From the NCBI GenBank assembly GCA_046484135.1, contig JAWOBU010000203.1, positions 1-14,552 of the forward strand: 14,552 nt of DNA, in the 5' to 3' direction. The translations under genes and the position numbers were made by a program. Of the stretch, positions 1 through 6,737 are shown one piece after another; positions within the stretch are counted from its first letter, which is position 1; each line of letters starts with the position of its first letter. The notes beneath the pieces are model-generated. The model had not been told where the DNA came from. It did no database searches and saw nothing but the letters and a program-made list of their open reading frames with translations. This DNA is from a bacterium (GTDB lineage Bacteria > RBG-13-61-14 > DATKZS01).

Positions 1-1
1 G

Positions 2-121
2 CCAGGTCGAGTAAGGGATACCTGCAAGGGCACAAGCGCCCTTTGTGTCCAGACCTCGGGATATGGCGTCAAGCGCAAGCTGAATCTTCTTTTCAGCCTC
101 TTCCGTTCCAAATTTCAGCAT
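2..121 (-). CDS. Partial helix-turn-helix protein (3' end runs off the window); terminase-small-subunit-like or transposase-like N-terminal HTH
   Basis: Not in the ORF track. ATG at 121 is preceded by GGAGG (129-133, minus strand). The frame is open to the window edge: MLKFGTEEAEKKIQLALDAISRGLDTKGACALAGIPYSTW. The segment ACALAGIPYSTW fits the 'A-A-xxGI-xSTxY' HTH pattern. Confidence 0.7.
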   Translation of the reverse strand, partial: MLKFGTEEAEKKIQLALDAISRGLDTKGACALAGIPYSTW

Positions 122-183
122 ATCTTAACCTCCGATTGTAGATTCCGGGCCACCGTGCCGCTCTCTGTGTCCCGCTGTCGCCT

Positions 184-200
184 TGCCCTATGGTAGGGCA
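184..200. promoter_or_regulatory. Perfect 7-bp inverted repeat upstream of the HTH gene (possible operator or hairpin)
   Basis: TGCCCTA-tgg-TAGGGCA. Confidence 0.3.
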
Positions 201-269
201 TTGGGTGATGATGTTCCGGGCATTCACGCCCTGGAAAAAGGCCCGCTGCCTGGGTTCCTGTGTCTGAGA

Positions 270-301
270 TTGATACCACCTTTGATGCCACTTGATACCG
301 C
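270..301 (+). repeat. Three 10-bp direct repeats (consensus TTGATRCCRC), putative integrase arm-type binding sites
   Basis: TTGATACCAC 270-279, TTGATGCCAC 282-291, TTGATACCGC 292-301; 120-150 bp from the tRNA fragment. Confidence 0.65.
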
Positions 302-421
302 AAAAGGGGCAATCTCCTGTCGGTTCATGTCAAGTTGTGCAAGGCTCGAAAGCCCGCAAACTCGCTCCATGACTTGTTTTCCGCTGTTTTCATTAAAGAA
401 ACTCTTAACACTGTATAGGGT

Positions 422-466
422 CTTCTAATCCGCAGGCCGCGTGTTCGAATCACGCCGGGCGCGCCA
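422..466 (+). pseudogene. 3' half of a tRNA-Arg(UCU) gene; att-site duplication rather than a functional tRNA
   Basis: CTTCTAA anticodon loop (422-428), TCCGC 3' anticodon stem, T-arm GCGTG-TTCGAAT-CACGC (439-455), acceptor 3' strand CGGGCGC, discriminator G and CCA (464-466). The upstream sequence (..TATAGGGT) supplies no matching anticodon 5' strand, D-arm or GCGCCCG 5' end. Confidence 0.88.
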
Positions 467-602
467 GGTTTTAAAAATAAAACATCCGGTTAAGGCATTT
501 TTCCACAGCCCCAGCAAAAGGCGGAAAACCCTCAAAAAACCCCCCATTTCACCCCCTAAAACGCACAACACTTTCCATGAGATCAGAGGGGCAATTTGGC
601 CG

Positions 603-620
603 GGTGCACAACAGGTGCAC
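603..620 (+). repeat. GGTGCAC direct-repeat pair with 11-bp period (possible second set of arm-type sites)
   Basis: GGTGCAC at 603-609 and 614-620, about 140 bp downstream of the tRNA fragment, after an A-tract-rich spacer. Confidence 0.4.
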
Positions 621-652
621 GGGTAGTACGTTTGATTGTTAATAAATGGCCC

Positions 653-679
653 GGCTGACTCAGTCTGGTTGAGTCAGTC
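653..679. other. Hairpin overlapping the lipocalin stop codon (possible 3' end structure)
   Basis: GGCTGACTCA (653-662) pairs with TGAGTCAGTC (670-679) with one non-Watson-Crick position; no clear U-tract. Confidence 0.3.
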
Positions 680-1264
680 CATTTTGGGGGGAGGCGGGAA
701 CCCTTTTTGCTTCACCTTTTCAAACCTGGAGTAATCGTAGCCCTGTTCGATGAGCCTTTGTTTGATTCCTTCCATGACTTTCTCCGGGAGCTCCCGCGTG
801 CGGGCCAGTATCCATCCCGCGTTCCGGTCGGGGGTCCCGACTACTGCGTACTGGTAGTTTTCATCCAGGTCTATTACCCAGTAGTCCGCGGCCAGAAAGT
901 CGAGCCGCAGGAAAGGGATAAAGGTCACTTTCAGCCGGGCGCGCGTTTGCTCGTCCGCAACCCAGGCCCTTCCTGTAATATCGTATACAGACCCGTCCTC
1001 CCGGAAACAGGAGTTATAGACCTTGACGTCGCCGTCGTCCCGCAAGGCGTACCGGGCGGTGGTCCCGCCGGCACAGCTCTTGGTGAAGACCTGGGGAATA
1101 CTGGCGATGGTGTACCACAGGCCCATGTACTTTTCGAGTTCCACATGGTCCACCACCCGGAGCGGCTCTTGCTCGGAAGCGCGGGGTCCGCCCGCGGCAA
1201 CGGCGACCAGGAGGGCAATCAATAACGCCGGCAGGGCAATGCTCTTTGCTTTTTTCGGTTTCAT
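674..1264 (-). CDS. blc: Bacterial lipocalin (Blc family)
   Basis: Motifs VELEKYMGLWYTIASIP, C..TTARY, YWVIDLDENYQYAVVG and WILAR; hydrophobic N-terminal signal segment; AAGGAA upstream. Confidence 0.92.
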   Translation of the reverse strand: MKPKKAKSIALPALLIALLVAVAAGGPRASEQEPLRVVDHVELEKYMGLWYTIASIPQVFTKSCAGGTTARYALRDDGDVKVYNSCFREDGSVYDITGRAWVADEQTRARLKVTFIPFLRLDFLAADYWVIDLDENYQYAVVGTPDRNAGWILARTRELPEKVMEGIKQRLIEQGYDYSRFEKVKQKGFPPPPKMD

Positions 1265-1294
1265 GGCTTTTCCTTTTTTACAGGTTTCCGGCAG

Positions 1295-2371
1295 CTAGTC
1301 CACGTACAGCGCCCTTTCGAAGTCGGCCGGGTTGGATGCCGCGGACTTGGCCATTTCCAGGCTGATTTCTCCGGCCTTGTAGAGCTTGGTCAGGCTCTGG
1401 TCAAAAGACTGCATTCCGTACTGGTCGGTGCCTTTTTCAATGTACTCGTTCATCTGGGGCGTCTTGGCCGCTTCTTTTATGCACTCCGCAATGGACATGG
1501 TGTTTATCATGACCTCTGCGGCCAGTGCCCTTCCTTTGCCGTCTTTTCTGGGAAGCAGCCGCTGGGAGATGATGGCCTGCAACGCTTCCACCAGGCGGAG
1601 CCGCACCAGGTTCTGTTCTTCGGAAGGGAACATCCCCACTATCCGGTTGATGGTCCTGGCCGCGTCCGTGGTGTGCACGGTGGAGAAGACCAGGTGTCCG
1701 GTCTCCGCGGCTTTCAGCGCTATGTCCACTGTTTCGTGGTCGCGCATCTCTCCGACCAGGATAACGTCCGGGTCCTGGCGGAGGGCCTGCCGGAGAGAGC
1801 CCACGAAGTTCTTGGCGTCCAGGCCGATCTCTCGCTGGCTGATACTCGACTTCTGATCGTGGTGCATGAACTCGATGGGGTCCTCGATGGTCAGGATGTG
1901 CTTCCTTTTGTTCCTGTTGATATAGTCTATCATGGAGGCCAGGGTCGAGGATTTTCCCGACCCGGTAATCCCGGTGACCAGGATCATGCCGCGCTCTTTG
2001 GACGCTATCTGTTTTACGACCGGGGGCAGGCCGAGCTCGTCGAAGCCGGGTATCTCCAGGGGGATAAGACGCATTATAACGGCCAGGCAGCCTTTCTGGC
2101 GGAAGATGTTGACCCGGAACCTGCCGACCCCTTCCAGGTTGTAGGAGCTGTCATGATCCTGGAGGCTGTCCAGCCCTTCTTGCAGCTCCTGCCCCTGCAT
2201 AATGTGCTTTACTATCTCCTGCACGTCCTCGTGGCTGAGCTTGGGGGCCTTGACCTCCCGGATTTCCCCGTTGATCCGGAACAGGGGAGGAGAACCCGTT
2301 TTAAAGTGCAGGTCAGAGGCATGGTTTTTCATGCCCGCGGACAAAAGCTGGTTAAACACCTTGATGACCAT
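1295..2371 (-). CDS. pilT: PilT/PilU-family type IV pilus retraction ATPase
   Basis: ASDLHF, GRFRVNIF, Walker A GITGSGKS, Asp box TIEDPIE, LRQDPDVILVGEMRD, His box AETGHLVFSTVHT, GMQSFDQSL; GAGGAG ribosome-binding site. Confidence 0.95.
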   Translation of the reverse strand: MVIKVFNQLLSAGMKNHASDLHFKTGSPPLFRINGEIREVKAPKLSHEDVQEIVKHIMQGQELQEGLDSLQDHDSSYNLEGVGRFRVNIFRQKGCLAVIMRLIPLEIPGFDELGLPPVVKQIASKERGMILVTGITGSGKSSTLASMIDYINRNKRKHILTIEDPIEFMHHDQKSSISQREIGLDAKNFVGSLRQALRQDPDVILVGEMRDHETVDIALKAAETGHLVFSTVHTTDAARTINRIVGMFPSEEQNLVRLRLVEALQAIISQRLLPRKDGKGRALAAEVMINTMSIAECIKEAAKTPQMNEYIEKGTDQYGMQSFDQSLTKLYKAGEISLEMAKSAASNPADFERALYVD

Positions 2372-2466
2372 GACCGTAACTCCTCTGGAATGGGACAGGC
2401 GTTTTTACACGCAATCTCTGTAACTTCTTTTTTCCGGCCGGCAGGCCCGAACTCCGGCGGCAAAGC

Positions 2467-3042
2467 TCATTTCTTTTTGGCCGTCTTTTTGAATGGCTTC
2501 TTTCCGCCGCTGGAACCGGAGCCTTTTTTCGCACCCGGCTTTTTGGCCCCGCTTTTTTTCGTTGCCGCCCTCTCGGCTTTCAAGGCGGAGAGCTCCCGGC
2601 TGGTCCTCCGGAGCCGCTCGCTCAACACGTGGCAGAAGATTTTATAAACCTTGAAAGCTATCTCCCGGTTTTCTTCCACCAGCTTCTCGAAATCCTGCCG
2701 GTCAATCACCAGCAGGGTCACCCCGGTCAGCGCCACCACGCTGGCAGAGGTCAGCTCATCCTCGATCAGGCTCATCTCTCCGAAAAGCTCGCCCCTGTCC
2801 AGAGTGGCCAGCTCTTCGGTGAAGCCGGCCTCCCCCTTGATAACCTTTACCTTCCCCTGCTCGATTATATAAAGGGCCCGGCCCAGCTCTCCTTCCTCGA
2901 TTATGGTCTCGCCTTTAGCGCGTTTTTCCTTCCGGAAAAGACCGGCCAGGGACAGGGTCTCATCGAAGTTGAGAAGCTGAAAAAGAAATGTGTCCTGGAT
3001 CAGGTCCGTTCCCTTAAGTCCTTCCAGCGCTTCTATCTCCAT
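2467..3042 (-). CDS. Cyclic-nucleotide-binding-domain protein with a Lys-rich low-complexity C-terminal tail and no HTH
   Basis: cNMP beta-barrel pattern GETIIEEGELGRALYIIEQGKVKV...GELFGEMSLI...SASVVA, followed by C-helix LSERLRRTS; GGGAGG ribosome-binding site. Confidence 0.88.
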   Translation of the reverse strand: MEIEALEGLKGTDLIQDTFLFQLLNFDETLSLAGLFRKEKRAKGETIIEEGELGRALYIIEQGKVKVIKGEAGFTEELATLDRGELFGEMSLIEDELTSASVVALTGVTLLVIDRQDFEKLVEENREIAFKVYKIFCHVLSERLRRTSRELSALKAERAATKKSGAKKPGAKKGSGSSGGKKPFKKTAKKK

Positions 3043-3078
3043 TTGTGACCTCCCGGCTTTATCGTTTCGGAATAATTA

Positions 3079-3108
3079 AGTATATGACCCTTCCACGACG
3101 CAAGTCAA
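3079..3108 (-). promoter_or_regulatory. Sigma70-type promoter for the cNMP-pilT-blc genes
   Basis: TTGACT (3108-3103), 18-nt spacer, TATACT (3084-3079); AT-rich upstream tract. Confidence 0.6.
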
Positions 3109-3164
3109 CACAGAATATAAATAGAACAGGTTTCATATAGTTTTAAACATTTAAAAGGGGAGCA

Positions 3165-3959
3165 TTATTGTTCACTGTCGGAGCTTCCTGTTGACTCTTT
3201 TTCCAGCTTCTTTTTCGCCCGCTCCAGGTTACTCGCTGCGTCTTCATAACCGGGCTTTATCTCGAGCGCTTTTTTGAACATATTAACGGCTTTTTCATAC
3301 TTTTTTTGGATCATCATCAAGTTCCCGAGATCGTTATAAGCCTCTGCGTAGCCGGGCTCAAGCTCCACCGCTTTCTGCAGGGACTTGACGGCTTTGTCCG
3401 TCTTCCCTTTTTCCGCGTACACGAACGCCAGGTTTTTATAAGCCTGTACTTCGTCGTAGGCCAGAGAAATGATTTTCTTATAGACCTGTTCCGCCAGGTC
3501 TAGCCTTCTTTGCAGTGTATAGAAGTACCCGAGCTGATAAAGCACGGACAGGTCTTCGGACGCGTGTTCATGAGCTTTTTCATAATAAGCAATGGCTTCT
3601 TTGATCCTGCCCAGCTTCTGGGCCATCTTGCCTGCCCGCCGGTTGACCTCCGGGTCTTCCGAGCTGACTTCCCGGGCCGCTTTATAGTTCTGCAGGGCTT
3701 TTTCAAAATTCCCTTTCTGCTCCTGCAGCTTTCCCATGGCGAACCGGAGGTAGTAGTGAGTTCGGGGGTCCATGTCAATGGCTTTTTGAAGGGCCTCCTC
3801 CGCTTTTTCCAGCTCGCCCTCTTGAAGGTACTCCTGGCTTTTCATGTAAAGGCCAACCGGCGTCCGCTCCTCGTCGGGCCCGAAAGACTCGAGAAGAAAG
3901 CTGGCGGCTATAACAATAATTACGGCCGCCAGGCTGGAAATTGCTATCCACTTTTTCAT
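3165..3959 (-). CDS. Membrane-anchored or secreted tetratricopeptide-repeat protein
   Basis: N-terminal hydrophobic helix; about six TPR units, e.g. AEAYNDLGNLMMIQKKYEKAVNMFKKALEIKP; AGGAG ribosome-binding site. Confidence 0.9.
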   Translation of the reverse strand: MKKWIAISSLAAVIIVIAASFLLESFGPDEERTPVGLYMKSQEYLQEGELEKAEEALQKAIDMDPRTHYYLRFAMGKLQEQKGNFEKALQNYKAAREVSSEDPEVNRRAGKMAQKLGRIKEAIAYYEKAHEHASEDLSVLYQLGYFYTLQRRLDLAEQVYKKIISLAYDEVQAYKNLAFVYAEKGKTDKAVKSLQKAVELEPGYAEAYNDLGNLMMIQKKYEKAVNMFKKALEIKPGYEDAASNLERAKKKLEKESTGSSDSEQ

Positions 3960-4072
3960 TTAATGGGTCTCCTGCTCCGAAAGCATATAAAAGCTTTTCT
4001 TTCCGCTATGGCTTACTTAAGCCTCTCGCGTTGGCGCTCTGCCCTGGCGGATATGTTTTGAGCTTTTTAAGC

Positions 4073-6391
4073 TCATAAACGGAAATCGAACTCCCAGTTT
4101 CTTGGAACAGGCTCCTCCTCCACCCGGCAGGCGCCTTCCTCACCTTTATTCCTTTGACAACGTATCATGGTGCCGTCCCACATCTCGAACCGGTCCGTGC
4201 CGGTGCCGTAAAAGAGGACCTTGGCGCTCTGGTTTAAGTCGGTAAAGCCGTTTATATCTTGCCGATCCTCTTTAACGAGGGTGTCTATTTGTGAGTTCCA
4301 CAACGGCAGTATCCTGCCGGCTTTTACAAACAAGGGGGCCTGGCCGGGCTTTGCGGGGACGGTGTAGCGGCCGGGTCCGGTGTAGAGCTTGCCGGTCCAC
4401 CAGTGGACCCACTCGCCGGGCGGAAGATACGCCTCCCACTGGCGGGCGCCCCGTTCGAGAACAGGTGCCACCAGTAGTCGGTCTCCCAGCAGGTACTGGT
4501 ACTTTATTTTTCGAGACTCCGGGTCATCCGGATAGTGCAGCATGAGGTGGCGTACCACTGGCCATCCGCGCCTGGCCGCCTGGTGTGCCAGGCTATAGAT
4601 ATAGGGGAAGAGCCTGGTATGGAGCACCGCGTATTTTTTGTAATGCTCCAGGGTTTTTCGGTCCTGGTTGAACTCCCAGTGGTCGCAGACCTCGTCCTGG
4701 CCGCGGTGGTTCCTCATGACCGGCAGTAAGGCCCCCAGTTCGGTCCAGCGCATGAACAGCTCGCGGTCCGCGGACCGGTTCACAAAGCAATTATAGCCGG
4801 CGATGTCGGTGGTCCCGATAGGATGTCCGGAGATGCCGGCGGAAAGCAGGGCCGGGATATTGGACGGCAGTCCGTCAATAAGATCGAAATTGGCGTTCTG
4901 GTCGCCGGTCCACATGATCCAGGCGTACTTCCACGACCCGGTGTATCCTCCCCTTATGTAGATGCACTGGTCGTTATCCGGCCGGGCCTCGTCCCAGAAC
5001 TCTCGGCCGAATCTGGCCCACATCACGTTGTAGCGGTTGTGCAGCTCCCAGCCGGTGCGGCCGTCGTAAGCCACCGAGTCGGGCGGAGTGTGCTCTCCGA
5101 AGTCGTGCATCCACCCGTCCGAGCCCATGTGCTCGGACTTTTGGAAAAAGCTTTCCCTCCACCATTTTTTTGCTTCCGGGTTAGTGAGATCAAGCTGGGC
5201 CTTCTTGTCAAGACCGAGGTAGAAGTCATAGGTTTCGCCTTCCCGGTTTTTCATGAAGTATCCGTTGGCGTCGCCTTGTTGATAGGCCGAGGTGCCGGGG
5301 CTTATATAAGGCTGGTAGTAGCTAAGGTGCCGGAAACCGTCCTGGTGGAGCTTTTCGATCATCTGTTCGTAATTGGGATAGAGCTTTCTGTTTACTTCCC
5401 ACTCGGTGCGCCACCACCAGCTCTCCGACCAGATGGCGGTGGTGGGTATCTCCTCCTCCCGCAGTAACTTCGCTATACGTAGTACCTTGTCTTCGCCCGC
5501 GACCACTGCGGCCATGGGGGCAAACGCCCATGCGGGGGGAACGCGGATGCGGCCGGTGTAAGCGGTCTGGGCCTCGATGATTTCGAGAGGCGATTCGCCG
5601 TAGAAGACCACGAGGTCTGCCCGGTCGTTCCAGTTCTCGATCAAGAGGCGGTCTTTGCGGCTTTTGCCGAAATCGAACTCGCTGTAGCGGCCGTCGTCGA
5701 GAAGGAGCCCGTAATTCTTGTCCGGGTTCATAAAGAAGGGCACAGGGAAGTAAGTGGTGTCCGGACCCTTGGGAAAGGGGTTGAACGGGACGTTTTTTGC
5801 GTACTTGGAAAGAGTGAAAAGACCGAGTCCCCCTTCCTCCGACCAGTTGCGGACCCGGCTGCCGCTGTGCTCGACCGCGTTGTAGCGCTCGCCCATGCCG
5901 TAGTAGCGGTCGTACTCGTCCTTTTCGAACCCGAGCCGGAGCCGGTTTACGCCGGCCGCATGAAGCACCTCGGTCTCGATGCGCACGGCTTTCTCGCTTT
6001 GGAAAAAAGCGCGGAGGCGCACCAGGGAAGCTCCGCCCGGCTTGTCCGAAAGCTCGACCACCAGGCCCTCTTCTTCTTTCTCCAGCCGCACCACGGTATC
6101 GGCTTCTTTCCACGGTCTTTTGAAGCCCGGCGTCCAGAACCACCACAGCACGAACCGAAAGACCTCCCGGCCCGTTACGGTGGTGTACCGCACCGGCCCT
6201 GCGACGGAGAGCATCTCTCCTCCATCCCGGTCCAGGACCCGGACGGAAAAAGGATCTTTCTCCGCGACAATCCGCATGTTCGCGCCCGAGAGTTTCAAGG
6301 AACTCCGCGAAGTCTCGGCAGAAACAAAGACCGCGGAGAACGCACTCATAAAAAGTGCCAGCACAAGCGGAAGAGCGATTTTACGTTTCAT
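4073..6391 (-). CDS. Secreted glycoside hydrolase family 31 (alpha-glucosidase; YihQ-like catalytic motifs)
   Basis: Signal peptide; YYGMGER, YFPVPFF, nucleophile motif GWMHDFGE, acid/base motif WTGDQ, DIAGY, ELFMRWTELGA, QYLLGDRLLVAPV. Confidence 0.92.
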   Translation of the reverse strand: MKRKIALPLVLALFMSAFSAVFVSAETSRSSLKLSGANMRIVAEKDPFSVRVLDRDGGEMLSVAGPVRYTTVTGREVFRFVLWWFWTPGFKRPWKEADTVVRLEKEEEGLVVELSDKPGGASLVRLRAFFQSEKAVRIETEVLHAAGVNRLRLGFEKDEYDRYYGMGERYNAVEHSGSRVRNWSEEGGLGLFTLSKYAKNVPFNPFPKGPDTTYFPVPFFMNPDKNYGLLLDDGRYSEFDFGKSRKDRLLIENWNDRADLVVFYGESPLEIIEAQTAYTGRIRVPPAWAFAPMAAVVAGEDKVLRIAKLLREEEIPTTAIWSESWWWRTEWEVNRKLYPNYEQMIEKLHQDGFRHLSYYQPYISPGTSAYQQGDANGYFMKNREGETYDFYLGLDKKAQLDLTNPEAKKWWRESFFQKSEHMGSDGWMHDFGEHTPPDSVAYDGRTGWELHNRYNVMWARFGREFWDEARPDNDQCIYIRGGYTGSWKYAWIMWTGDQNANFDLIDGLPSNIPALLSAGISGHPIGTTDIAGYNCFVNRSADRELFMRWTELGALLPVMRNHRGQDEVCDHWEFNQDRKTLEHYKKYAVLHTRLFPYIYSLAHQAARRGWPVVRHLMLHYPDDPESRKIKYQYLLGDRLLVAPVLERGARQWEAYLPPGEWVHWWTGKLYTGPGRYTVPAKPGQAPLFVKAGRILPLWNSQIDTLVKEDRQDINGFTDLNQSAKVLFYGTGTDRFEMWDGTMIRCQRNKGEEGACRVEEEPVPRNWEFDFRL

Positions 6392-6512
6392 TATTTACTA
6401 CATTCCTTTTTTAGAGCGGACTTTCACTTTTGCCCTGATATGACTTTAAGGCTAACCCCTTTTAATAGTCATTTTATACCAGTACTGCCCCAAATATAAA
6501 ACTAATTCGAGG

Positions 6513-6735
6513 AATCTTATCACGCAGAGGCGCCACAACGCAGAGAATTGAGACCCTCTTTTGAATTTGAAGAGCTGAAGATAAAACCGTCTTAGTAATC
6601 CGGCGAACTCGAGGTTTTTGGAAATCGAGGTCCCCGGACAAGAGACCCGTCAGATAATTTCCATAAAAAATCGCAACGGCCCGAATCTCTTTGTTTTACC
6701 TTTGCGGTTTTGCGCCTTTGCGTGAAATAAAGATT
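6513..6735. repeat. Foldback element A, bounded by inverted CGCARAG-type repeats (REPIN/MITE-like)
   Basis: TCACGCAGAGGCGCCACAACGCAGAG (6520-6545) matches the reverse complement of 6700-6725 (TCACGCAAAGGCGCAAAACCGCAAAG) at 21/26, extendable outward through AATCTT/AAGATT. Internal hairpin 6589-6646. Confidence 0.65.
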
Positions 6736-6737
6736 TT

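Larger units (their letters stand above)
1..466. mobile_element. Right end of a tRNA-Arg(UCU)-integrated element (prophage, satellite or genomic island) extending left of the window
   Basis: Inferred from the tRNA 3' fragment starting in the anticodon loop (422-466), the arm-type repeats (270-301) and a phage-like HTH gene reading away from the junction. No integrase is present in the window. Confidence 0.7.

Noticed and set aside
390..466. Complete functional tRNA-Arg
   Set aside because: No D-arm or acceptor 5' strand; AGGGT cannot close the anticodon stem with TCCGC. Treated as an att fragment.
115..626. ORFs 115..312, 183..428 and 441..626
   Set aside because: No recognisable motifs, and they overlap the arm repeats or the tRNA fragment.
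1673..2647. 324-aa plus-strand ORF
   Set aside because: Antisense shadow of pilT, expected from GC-rich codon bias.
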